From Nemertoderma westbladi (lineage: Eukaryota > Animalia > Xenacoelomorpha): 64,000 nucleotides of DNA. Each line of letters starts with the position of its first letter. Position 1 is the stretch's first letter. This document shows, piece after piece, positions 37,848 to 49,989 of this stretch. The stretch covers positions 85,581 to 149,580 of the forward strand of contig JAUCBJ010001088.1 in NCBI GenBank assembly GCA_032718475.1, read 5' to 3'. The notes below the pieces were generated by a model. The model had not been told where the DNA came from. It saw nothing but the letters and a program-made list of their open reading frames with translations, and made no database searches. A program made the position numbers and the translations under genes.

Positions 37848-40800
37848 TGTTAATCTAAAGATGACCAGATACTGTTGTACCGGTAGGTGGTGGTTGGTAG
37901 TATGCTCTGTAGGCCTATCGTTATTGACGGCTGTATTATAATATAGTAGCGTATGTTTGGTGGTGTGTAAATTGAGTTTACTGTCCCGGTTCTGCATACC
38001 GGTATCTTAACTAACTGCCACATATATATATATATTATTATTATATTTCTCGATATTGATGATTAACAATTGGTAGCAGAGCGTTGTGAATTTATATTTG
38101 CGTAGCAAGCGAAGAAATTAATGCGAAGTAGTTAATTAAAGGGATAATTTAGCAAGCGACAATTTACGATAATTTGTGTCAGAGGTTAGTGTTTTAGTTG
38201 TTTAATTTCAGCGTTTAGTGTTTAGTACATGCAGTCATGACAGCCCCCAGTCCGTCAACGACAACCTTCAAAATAAACCCTCCAACATTTAATTCCGCCA
38301 GTAAGTCATATGAGCGATACAAGCAGGAGTTGCTCGCATGGAGAGAAATTACAGATTTACCAAAACCTAAACAAGCGATAGCTATTGCTCTCTCCTTTCC
38401 AGACAATGATACCTCGAAAATACGCGAGAAAGTTTTTGATGAAATTCCATTGGATAATTTAAAGTTGGTCGATGGGTTTGACACTCTTGTTAGATTTCTC
38501 GATCTGAAACTTGGGAAAGACGACCTGGAAGACTGTCTGGAGAAATTTGAAGATTTTGAAGATTATTTCAAATCTCAATCAGAAACAATTTTTGAGTATA
38601 TATCAAACTTCGACCAAAAATATCAACGAATAAAGAAGCATAACATCGTACTTCCTGCCGCAGTTTTGGCTTTCAAGTTAATTCGCAATTCGCGTGTTTC
38701 TAAAGAGGAGAAGTTGCTTGTAATTACCGGTTTAGATTATACAAGGAAAGATGAATTATATGATCAGAGTCAAAAATCACTGAAGAAGTTTATTGGCAAA
38801 TCCATGACATCTGATTCCACTACAACTTCAAATCCGGCAATAAAACTAGAACCGCTATTCTTGGCAGAGAATGAGGAGGCATTGGCAGCTGCGGGCTATT
38901 ATCGTGGCCAGGGATATCGGGGGTTTAGAGGCGCTGGTGGAACTCCAGGTGGAAGTAACTACTTCAATTCTACAAGACGAAATTATGTACCTTATAAGCC
39001 TAGCAATCTCGGTTCTTTTCGATCGGGTGTTAATTATCCAGGCGGAGGTGGGAACATTAGATCAAATTTGGTTCAAGAGAGGAAGGTTAACCCATCAGGT
39101 ACTGACGGCCGTCCGCTTACTTGTCGATGTTGTGGTTCGTTTCGTCATCTAATAAAAGATTGCCCAGACACCTGGGAAAACATCGCGAAGGTGAATATAA
39201 CAGACAATGAAAACCATGGAATAGATTATGATAATGAACAGCCACTTTATTTTGATGAATCTGAAAATGTCTTGCTTAGTGTATTTGCTTCATCCAATGA
39301 AATGTGGCAGTTGGGGATCGAAGCAACAAATTGCGCAGTTTTAGATAGTGCTTGCACTAGTACAGTATGTGGTGAGAAATGGCTTAATACTTATCTCTCC
39401 TCTCTTAATGATGATGACAGAAAACGTGTTGCATTTAATTCCAGTAAAAAAATGTTTAAATTTGGAGCTGGTTCCAAACTTGCTTCATAGGGGGAGTATG
39501 TCCTTCCCGCAGTGATTGCAGGCAAGAACGTTTCCATCAGAACAGATATTGTTGATTCTGAAATACCTCTTCTACTATCCAAAACATCTATGAAGAGAGC
39601 CCAAATGAAGATCGATTTAGAGACTGATACTGCAGAAGTTTTTGGTAAAGTTATAGCTTTGAACATGACATCATCCGGTCATTATTGTCTTCCAATTAGT
39701 ATTCCAGCTGAGGAGAATATGATTTTTGCTGTTGATTTTAATGGCCTTGAAAAATGTGAATTACACAAAGTTTTATTAAAAATACATCGACAGTTTGCTC
39801 ATCCTTCATCAGTGAAGTTTATTAACTTATTACAAGATGCCGGAGTCTGGAAAGATTCATTTTCAGACATTGTAAACAATATTACAGATAATTGTGATGT
39901 CTGTAAGCGATTCACAAAGACACGCCCAAGACCTGTTGTTGCTTTGCCTATGGCAAATAGATTTAATGAAGTAATCGCAATTGATTTAAAGGCATGGGAA
40001 TCAGAATGGATTTTGCATATGGTTGATGTATGGTCCCGATATAATATATCTGTATTTGTTTCAAACAAGAAGACGTCTACAATTGTTGATAAGATTATGC
40101 GAAATTGGGTTGCATATTTCGGTACTATGGGTGCAATTATGTCCGATAATGGTGGTGAGTTCAGTTCCGATGAGGTAAGGGAAATTTCTTCAATATTGAA
40201 TGTTAAAGTTCATACTACAGCTGGTTACAGTCCATATCAGAATGGATTATGTGAAAGAATACATGCAATCACTGACTTTATGTTGAAGAAACTCAAGGAG
40301 GATCAAAGCAAAGTTGCTGTGGAAATATTACTACCATGGGCCAACATGGCTAAGAATTCACTCCAAATGTGGAATGGTTATACGAGCAATCAACTAGTTT
40401 TTGGCCAGAATCCACAAATTCCCTGTCTTATGTTTGATGCGCCTCCAGCTTTACAAGGTACTACTTCCAGTGAAATATTTGCTGGTCACCTTAATTCCCT
40501 TCATGCTGCTAGGAAAGCATTTATTGAATCTGAAACTAATGAGCGTCTACGTCGAGCTCTGCGTTATAAAATTCGCATTTCAGAGCAAATATTTCATAAT
40601 GGTGATTTGGTATATTATAAACAAGATGGTAAAGACCGTTGGCTAGGTCCAGCGAAAGTAGTCTTCCAAGATGGTAAGGTGGTTTTTATAAGACATGGTG
40701 GTGTATTTTTACGTGTGGCACCAAACCGGCTACTACCTGTTTCATCGACCCAAGATCAGCCTGCTACTTCTGTAAATAATGCTGATGATACCGCTACTAC

Positions 40801-43030
40801 TAGTTCTGTCACAGAAGTGAAGGGTAATACTAATACTATTCTTACAGAAAGTTTTACTGCAAGTGGTGATTCTCATTCATCCCCTGAAAATGTGGTGAAA
40901 GAACAACCAATTCTAGATGACACATCTACCCCAAATTCAATAGTCTCTGTTAAAAATTGTTCCAACTATAAACCTAAGGCTGGTGATAATATTGAAGTCC
41001 GTAATGATGATTCCAATGAGTGGATTCCTGTTAAAATTTTGGGTCGTGCCGGAAAAGCTACAGGAAAATTTTCAAATTGGTATAATGTGGAGGAAGATAA
41101 CGGTAATAAGCATAGTTTCGATCTTTGCACTAAAGAATGGAGAGCTATCAATGATGTTGATTTTTTAAACGATGTGAATTTGGTTATTATTCCAAAAAAC
41201 CAGCATTCAACTCCAGATTGTCTAAATGCTAAGCAAGTTGAGCTCCAAAAACTTATTGATTATGAAGTTTATGAAGAAGTTCCATACGACAACTAGCAAT
41301 GTATAAGTACAAGATGGATTTTATGGTACAAGGGGCAGGAGATCCGTGCTCGCTTAGTGGCTAGAGGTTTCGAAGAAAACATGAAACTTGCTACTGATTC
41401 ACCAACTATAGGTAAATATACAATGCGAATAATGTTAGCTATTATAGCTAGTAAAGGTTGGACCTTAAAGGCCACTGATATAAAATCGGCCTTTCTACAA
41501 GGGAAGACACTGGAGCGGGATTTATATTTACTTCCTCCTAAGGAAGCAAATGTATCTGATAACATGGTATGGCGGCTCAAGAAATGCCTGTATGGATTAA
41601 ATGATGCAGCTCGCCAATTTTACATTAGTGTTGTGGAAAAACTTACTGCTCTCGGATGTCTCAGATCACCACTAGATCCCGCATTATTTATATATCACGA
41701 CAATCAGAATAATGTTGCTGGAATACTCTGTTCTCATATAGACGACTTTCTTCATGCTGGGGATGAAAGATTTGACAATATCATTTCTCAGCTTACACAA
41801 CGATTTATTGTTGGTAAATCAGTACAACACGAATTCAATTACGTCGGATTTGAGCTAATTCATACAGTTGAAAACTTCATTGTTATTAATCAAAACAAGT
41901 ATGTTAATGATCTTAATATACCCAAATTAGATTTCACACGCAATAAGAATGATAACTTATCCAACTCAGAACTGTCACTTTATCGATCTTTAGTTGGTAA
42001 ATTAAATTGGATAGTCCATGGCAGCCGACCGGATTGGAACTTTGAACTTATTCAATTGAGTACACGTTTTAAAAACGCAATTTATGAAGATTTACTCCGT
42101 GTTTGCAAGATATTGCGAAAAATTCAAGAAGCTGATTGCTATGTTTTGTTTCCGAATCTAGAACATATTGTAAACTGGAAATTAATACTATATACCGATG
42201 CTGCTTTTGCTAATTTGAATGATGGAATAAGTAGCACCATGGCTTATATATTATTTTTGGTTGGCTCTAAAGGTTCTTCATGTCCTATTTCATGGAGTAC
42301 CTCAAAAATCAAGCGAGTAGTTCGCTCTACTATTGCCGCGGAAGCTTTGAGTTTACAGCAAGGAATAGAACAAGCTATCTATATTCGCTCATTGATATTA
42401 CAAATAATTGGATCAGGATCCCAATTGCCAATATTGGTTTTCAGTGATAACCGAAGCGTTATTGAGTCACTTCAATCTACAAAGATGGTGGATGACAAAC
42501 GTTTAAGAATAGATATTTGCGCAATCAAACAATTTCTGGAAAATGGTGAGATCCAATCTGTCTCTTGGTGTCCAGGATCGAAACAAATGGCCAATTCTCT
42601 GACAAAGAAGGGAGCTAATGGTGTAGAATTGCTTCGTTCGATTACTACTGGAAAACTCTCCAATATAAACTTCTCATAAGTTCAACTCAAACTCGACGAT
42701 ATAATAAGACTTATTAAAAAAAACTCTCCAATATAAACTTCGTATATGTTCATATGTTCAACTCAAACTGTAATAGGACTTATTAAACAAAATAAAAATA
42801 TGGGAGAGTTGTTAATCTAAAGATGACCAGATACTGTTGTACCGGTAGGTGGTGGTTGGTAGTATGCTCTGTAGGCCTATCGTTATTGACGGCTGTATTA
42901 TAATATAGTAGCGTATGTTTGGTGGTGTGTAAATTGAGTTTACTGTCCCGGTTCTGCATACCGGTATCTTAACTAACTGCCACATATATATATATATTAT
43001 TATTATATTTCTCGATATTGATGATTAACA
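37848..43030 (+). mobile_element. Full-length Ty1/Copia LTR retrotransposon, GalEa-type
   Basis: 221-bp LTRs 37848-38068 and 42810-43030 (TGT..ACA, identical by eye); TSD atggc; PBS tggtagcagag (initiator tRNA-Met) at 38071; PPT gggagag. Confidence 0.96.
38237..42679 (+). pseudogene. Copia gag-pol polyprotein with two in-frame TAG stops
   Basis: ORFs 38237, 39512 and 41357 share one frame; CCHC knuckle, LDSACTSTVCG protease, HRQFAH..CDVC / SDNGGEF integrase, HIDDF RT, YTDAAF RNase H; stops at 39488-39490 and 41294-41296. Confidence 0.93.
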
Positions 43031-43893
43031 ATGGCCACTCACAGGAGCATGCTGGTGCGGAGGCTGGCAGGTTGGAAGAGGGCTGAGTTCCACGAACTGC
43101 TTGTCGAGGCTAGGGTTATCCAGTCTCATTGCCCGAAACGGCCGTGTCCGGAGTCTCAGAACATGGCGCTCCAGAAAGCTTTTGTCCGCCATATGCTGAC
43201 AGGGAACATCTCGGCAGCGAAGAGGTGCCTGGGTCAGTTACACCGGGGTAAACCAATGGGTCCCGACGATACATTCACTGACAAAGATGGAGAGACAAAG
43301 GTGGTACGAGATGTGCTGCTAGATAAACACCCACCCGCCAAACTGGCAGACGAGTCAATTCTGTTGGATGAGTTCGAGGGAGCACCCGAGCACCACCCGG
43401 TAGTGTTTGAGCAGCAGAATGAGCAGTTAATCTTGACCAGCTTGTTAAGGATGAAGGGAAATGCCGCAGGTCCCTCTGGTATGGATGTGCAGGGGTGGAA
43501 ACACCTTCTGACGAAGTTCCGCACTCAGTCCAACGAGTTATGCGATCAGTTAGCGCAGTTGGGCAGGGTGATGTCGCAGTCTCTCATACCATCCGGTTCC
43601 CTGTCAGCTCTATTGTATGCTCGACTCATCGCGTTGGACAAGAATCAAGGCGTCCGGCCCATCGGGATCGGAGAGGTTCTATGGCGGCTTATTGGGAAGG
43701 CGGCGATCCGGTGTATTCGCGAGAATCTCAAAGCTGTCGGCGGGTCCGTGCAGCTATGCCTTGGACAGAAGTCAGGGATCGAGTTCGCTGTCCATAGCCT
43801 TAATGACGCCTTTGACCATGATAACTGTGATGGTGTTCTCCAAGTTGATGCCACTAACGCGTTTAACGCCCTCAACTGCCAGGGGGCGCTTCA

Positions 43894-45166
43894 TCCACGA
43901 AGCTAAGGAAAATCAACTACTTTCGCTAAGAAAGATTTTCCTTAGCTGAGATGGTCTATTCATAGTGGGCTATTTTACTTGTGTGAGGCAGATTTGGGGT
44001 TTTTTGATAGGCGAAAAAACTAGCCTTTAAAAGTACCCTGAAATTTTGCATGTATATACTACTCGACGAGGCGCATCTTTTGGGCCGGGTCTCATATCCA
44101 GGAAAAATCTGGTTTCCATGGCAACGGACTTCAAAAAAAGTCTATGTATTTCAAGTCAATATTTATAACTCTATTTGTAGGAAAACTATAATAGATATAA
44201 ACTTGGGGTTTCGCAACACAACTATAAGGTCCATAGCAGATCCGATTGAGGCTAAATAGAAAATCCAGTTACCTTGGCAACCGGGATAAACAGATGTTAA
44301 AATTTATAAAATGTTAATTTGAAGCCTAAGGGCAAGGTGTTATGACTTGGGACCAACCCCTACCCCCACTATATAACTTATTCTGCATCCGAATTACATT
44401 GTTCTATTTTTCAGTTACCATGACAACCGCTGAAAACAGATGTTTTTATTCAAAACTTATTCATTTGGACATAGACTTCACGATAAAATTTTACAAAACT
44501 GGGTATGTGTTATCTGGACCACTAGTTGGAACTTTTAGTGAAACTCAAAACATTCCAGAAATATCTAGTTACCGTGGTAACTGGAGTTTATTACAGATTA
44601 TATCATTCAAGTCTATATTCATAACTCTATTTGTAGAAAAACCGCAATAGATATAAACTTGGGGTTTCTCAACTCAACTATAAGGTTCATATCCAAGCCG
44701 TTCGAGGTTAATTAGAAATTCCAGTCACCATAGCAACAAGACTAAACAGATATTAAAATTTATAAAATGATAATTTGAAGCACAAGTTAATAGTATTATG
44801 ACTTGGGACCAACACCTACCCCCACTATATGACTTATTCTGCATCCGAATTACATTGTTCTATTTTTCAGTTTCCATGACAACCACTACAAACAGATGCA
44901 TTTTGATAGAAAATCGGTAATTTGGACATAAACTACAATATTTTCTAAAACTCAGTACATGTGTTATCTGAACCACAATCTGTACTGAATTTTTTTTCAA
45001 AGGTTAAAGCAACAGTTCCAGCGAACTCTAGTTTCCATGGGAATAGAAGTTAATTATTGACAATTGCTACTAAACGAGGCTAAGCAAGCAACGAACCAAA
45101 GTGTGGCCGTTTGTTTAATTTTCCTTAGCTTCGTGGTTGCATTTCCTTTAGGAAATGCCTTTCTCG
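43894..45166 (+). mobile_element. Non-autonomous Helitron/Helentron-like element, copy 1 (1273 bp)
   Basis: 5' TC after A; subterminal IR ccacgaagctaaggaaaa / ttttccttagcttcgtgg; 3' hairpin gcatttcct-tt-aggaaatgc then CTCG. Confidence 0.75.
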
Positions 45167-46435
45167 TCCACGAAGCTAAGGAAAATCAACTACTTTCGCT
45201 AAGAAAGATTTTCCTTAGCTGAGATGGTCTATTCATAGTGGGCTATTTTACTTGTGTGAGGCAGATTTGGGGTTTTTTGATAGGCGAAAAAACTAGCCTT
45301 TAAAAGTACCCTGAAATTTTGCATGTATATACTACTCGACGAGGCGCATCTTTTGGGCCGGGTCTCATATCCAGGAAAAATCTGGTTTCCATGGCAACGG
45401 ACTTCAAAAAAAGTCTATGTATTTCAAGTCAATATTTATAACTCTATTTGTAGGAAAACTATAATAGATATAAACTTGGGGTTTCGCAACACAACTATAA
45501 GGTCCATAGCAGATCCGATTGAGGCTAAATAGAAAATCCAGTTACCTTGGCAACCGGGATAAACAGATGTTAAAATTTATAAAATGTTAATTTGAAGCCT
45601 AAGGGCAAGGTGTTATGACTTGGGACCAACCCCTACCCCCACTATATAACTTATTCTGCATCCGAATTACATTGTTCTATTTTTCAGTTACCATGACAAC
45701 CGCTGAAAACAGATGTTTTTATTCAAAACTTATTCATTTGGACATAGACTTCACGATAAAATTTTACAAAACTGGGTATGTGTTATCTGGACCACTAGTT
45801 GGAACTTTTAGTGAAACTCAAAACATTCCAGAAATATCTAGTTACCGTGGTAACTGGAGTTTATTACAGATTATATCATTCAAGTCTATATTCATAACTC
45901 TATTTGTAGAAAAACCGCAATAGATATAAACTTGGGGTTTCTCAACTCAACTATAAGGTTCATATCCAAGCCGTTCGAGGTTAATTAGAAATTCCAGTCA
46001 CCATAGCAACAAGACTAAACAGATGTTAAAATTTATAAAATGATAATTTGAAGCACAAGTTAATAGTATTATGACTTGGGACTAACCCCTACCCCCACAA
46101 TATGACTTATTCTGCATCCGAATTACATTGTTCTATTTTTCAGTTTCCATGACAACCACTGCAAACAGATGCAATTTGATAGAAAATCGGTAATCTGGAC
46201 ATAAACTACAATATTTTCTGAAACTCAGTATATGTGTTATCTGAACCACAATCTGTACTGAATTTTTTTTCAAAGGTTAAAGCAACAGTTCCAGAGAACT
46301 CTAGTTTCCATGGGAATAGAAGTTAATTATTGACAATTGCTACTAAGCGAGGCTAAGCAACGAACCAAAGTGTGGCCGTTTGTTTAATTTTCCTTAGCTT
46401 CGTGGTTGCATTTCCTTTAGGAAATGCCTTTCTCG
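45167..46435 (+). mobile_element. Non-autonomous Helitron/Helentron-like element, copy 2 (head-to-tail)
   Basis: Near-identical to copy 1; junction ctcg|tcca; followed by T. Confidence 0.75.
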
Positions 46436-46719
46436 TAATATGCAAACAAAGAAAAGAAGGAGGAAGTGTGCAGTAAGCTGCCACAGAATCAACAGCAACT
46501 GTGTGATCTATTGGGAGAGAAAGGAGCTTCAGCCTGGCTAAACTGTAAACCTATGACCTTACAGGATACTCACCTCGACAAGGAAGGGTTCCGTGATTCC
46601 CTGTGCCTTCGCTACGGGTGGACGCCGCGAAATCTACCGTCTCGTTGTGCCTGTGGGGTGCAATTTACTTCGTCCCACGTGCTGTCGTGCCCCACCGGAG
46701 GGTTCCCCTCCATGATTTC

Positions 46720-46786
46720 ATTTTTTTAAAACTGGTAAAAGTATATATCATATTATGATATATACTTTTACCAGTTTTAAAAAAAT
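46720..46786. repeat. 67-bp palindrome at the CRE truncation junction
   Basis: atttttttaaaactggtaaaagtatatatcata-t-tatgatatatacttttaccagttttaaaaaaat. Confidence 0.9.
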
Positions 46787-47029
46787 ATATATTTTGACAG
46801 CTACGTTTCGTTTTTTTTCACTTTCTTCGGCTGAGACCTGCACTGTACGTAAATGATAATATAAAAGGCCAAAGTCGACAGGCAAAATTGGTTTAACCAA
46901 TTCGTGAAATGACCTCTATATCTACTGTATAACATACCATATTACAATATAAATAACATTTACAGATGAATCAATAGTTAAGACCAGGCCTAGTCATGCA
47001 TTCGAAAAAAAGATTCGAATCATATTATT

Positions 47030-48575
47030 TTCTTCCACTCTGTGTCATTAAGGAATGCCTGTTTACCACCATGGGTGATCTTCCACAGAAAATCCTTCCA
47101 CTATGTTTCCTAAAGGAATGCCTGTTCAGCACCATGGGTGATCTTCCACAGAAAACCCTTCCACTCTGTTTCCTAAAGGAATGCCTGTTCACAACCAATT
47201 GGTGATCTTCCACAGTAAACCCTTCCACTATGTTTCCTAAAGGAATGCCTGTTCACCATCAATTGGTGATCTTCCACAGTAAACCCTTCCACTCTGTTTC
47301 CTAAAGCGCAATGCCTGTTCACCATGATGGGTGATCTTCCACAGAAAAACCCTTCCATTCTGTTTCCTAAAGGAATGCCTGTTCACCACCGTGGGTGATC
47401 TTCCACAGTAAACCCTTCCACTGTGTTTCCTAAAGGAATGCCTGTTCACCACCATGGGTTATCTTTCATAGAAAACCCTTCCATTCTGTTTCCTAAAGGA
47501 ATGCCTGTTCACCACCATTGGTGGTCTTTCCACACTAACCCTTCCACTCTGTTTCCTAAAGGAATGCCTGTTCACCATCATGGGTAATCTTTCACAGAAA
47601 ACCCTTCCATTCTGTTTCCTAAAGGAATGCCTGTTCACCACCGTGGGTGATCTTCCACAGTAAACCCTTCCATTCTGTTTCCTAAAGGAATGCCTGTTCA
47701 CCACCGTGGGTGATCTTCCACAGTAAACCCTTCCACTGTGTTTCCTAAAGGAATGCCTGTTCACCACCATGGGTTATCTTTCACAGAAAACCCTTCCATT
47801 CTGTTTCCTAAAGGAATGCCTGTTCACCACCGTGGGTGATCTTCCACAGTAAACCCTTCCACTGTGTTTCCTAAAGAAATGCCTGTTCACCACCGTGGGT
47901 GATCTTCCACAGTAAACCCTTCCACTGTGTTTCCTAAAGGAATATGGGTGATCTTCCACAGAAAACCCTTTCATTCTGTTTCCTAAAGGAATGCCTGTTC
48001 ACCACCATGGGTTATCTTTCACAGAAAACCCTTCCATTCTGTTTCCTAAAGGAATGCCTGTTCACCACCGTGGGTGATCTTCCACAGTAAACCCTTCCAC
48101 TGTGTTTCCTAAAGGAATGCCTGTTCACCACCGTGGGTGATCTTCCACAGTAAACCCTTCCACTGTGTTTCCTAAAGGAATATGTGTGATCTTCCACAGA
48201 AAACCCTTCCATTCTGTTTCCTAAAGGAATGCCTGTTCACCATCACGGGTGATCTTCCACAGAAAACCCTTCCACTCTGTTTCCTAAAGGAATGCCTGTT
48301 CACCATCATGGGTGATCTTCCACAGACAACCCTTCCATTCTGTTTCCTAAAGGAATGACTGTTCACCACCATGGGTGATCTTGCAAAGAAAACCCTTCCG
48401 TTCTGTTTCCTAAAGGAATGCCTGTTTACCACCATGGGTGATCTTCCACAGAAAACCCTTCCATTCTGTTTTCTAAAGGAATGCCTGTTTACCACCGTGG
48501 GTGATCTTCAACAGTTATCCTTTCCGGTATGTTTCCCAAAGGAATACATGACTGTTTAACACCCATGGTGTTGAT
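47030..48575. repeat. Second array of the 60-63-bp satellite, about 25 units
   Basis: Same unit as 24950-27470 and the same ~280-bp left flank. Confidence 0.95.
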
Positions 48576-48839
48576 CTATTAACTTAAAGGAAGAAAAGGA
48601 GTCTTACACCCCAAATAAAAAATATAGAATAAGTACATTTGATCCAAAATATACTTCTCGACCCCTAGGGTCATCGAAGAACAACAAACACACAAACACA
48701 AACAAATATAAATACGTGCTAAACATACAGGTATGTGTCGCAACCCTAACCTAAGCCTACCCGCCATACACTAAATGATACCGTAATACAAAACCCGTAA
48801 TAACAACCCCCTGTTAGTCAGTATATCGTTAACATCAAT

Positions 48840-49062
48840 TATCATGGTGTTGATCTGTCATGGTGTTGTAAAGGCAACTTGCCACTCCGTTTCTCAAGCT
48901 GCCTTGTTTCTCCTTTATCGACCAGTGAATGATGAAAGCCACGATTAGGCTAGGCTGCAGCACATAAAGCGCTGTTCAAAGGATGCTGCCCCGTCTAGTG
49001 TCTACGGATCGAACCAGGGATTCCTAACTGGAAGCCCAGGAATGCCACTAGACCAAGCTGCT
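48840..49062 (-). mobile_element. tRNA-derived SINE
   Basis: Minus strand: A box tggtctagtgg, B box ggttcgatcc, core gctttcatc..ggtcgataaa, tail gaaacggagtgg resembling the satellite unit. Confidence 0.75.
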
Positions 49063-49096
49063 TTTATGATATAATCTATTAATTTTATTATTTAAG

Positions 49097-49309
49097 GTGG
49101 ATGATGTTGTTAATGAGTTTGCGAATATGTCAGAAGTGCGAAAATGTAAGGGGCCGGAACAAAACGGAGAGAATTCATCGGAACTAAATGGTGAGAATTC
49201 GGAACAAAATGACGATGATTGCAACGATAGTGAGAGTGGCAATGAAACCTTAGACTCTGGTGATGATGAAACCTCAGATGAAAGCAGTGATATCGATGAA
49301 GATGATATT
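49097..49309 (+). CDS. Candidate acidic (D/E/S-rich) exon of an unknown gene
   Basis: tttaag| acceptor, open frame VDDVVNEF..DEDDI, |gttagt donor. Confidence 0.4.
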
Positions 49310-49463
49310 GTTAGTTAAATTAAAATACCATTTTATTTAAATTATTTGAAATCTTTTCTGATTGGATATGAATCTTTGGTTTAGACCCGCGGACTTTATT
49401 AGCAGAGACTGCACTACTACTGCAGTCACAGCTGATATTAATAAAATGTTTATTCAGATATCA

Positions 49464-49953
49464 AAGTTACTACTAAATAAGTCTATAAAGAGAACTGTCC
49501 TGCTACTAAAGTTAAGTTACTACTAAATAAGTCTATAAAGAGAACAACTGTCCTGCTACTAAAGTTAAGTTACTACTAAATAAGTCTATAAGTTACTACT
49601 AAATAAGTCTATGAAGAGAACTGTCCTGCTACTAAAGTTAAGTTGCTACTAAATAAGTCTATAAAGAGAACTGTCCTGCTACTAAAGTTAAGTTACTACT
49701 AAATAAGTCTATAAAGAGAACTGTCCTGCTACTAAAGTTAAGTTACTACTAAATAAGTCTATAAAGAGAACTGTCCTGCTACTAAAGTTAAGTTACTACT
49801 AAATAAGTCTATAAAGAGAACTGTCCTGCTACTAAAGTTAAGTTACTACTAAATAAGTCTATAAAGAGAACTGTCCTGCTACTAAAGTTAAGTTACTACT
49901 AAATAAGTCTATAAAGAGAACTGTCATGCTACTAAAGTTAAGTTACTACTAAA
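49464..49953. repeat. 50-bp tandem repeat, about 10 units
   Basis: aagttactactaaataagtctataaagagaactgtcctgctactaaagtt; period 50 (49691, 49741). Confidence 0.93.
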
Positions 49954-49989
49954 TTTTGCTTAGTTTAGTTACCTTATTACATTTACAGT

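Larger units (their letters stand above)
36510..46715 (+). mobile_element. CRE-clade (RLE-type) non-LTR retrotransposon, disrupted by nested insertions
   Basis: Cys-rich N-terminus (36620); ORF 36811-37847 continues in frame at 43036 after removing the Copia; RT motifs GPSG, RLIALDK..GVRPIGIGE, DATNAFN; C-terminal GASAWL..FRDSLCLRYG..CACG..HVLSC knuckle at 46466-46715. Confidence 0.85.

Noticed and set aside
39488-41296. Alternative genetic code (TAG reassigned)
   Set aside because: The FReD gene ends on TAG at the normal domain end and the intact piggyBac ORF has no internal TAG.
48995-49062. Functional tRNA gene
   Set aside because: A and B boxes are present but no consistent cloverleaf, and it runs into a SINE body.
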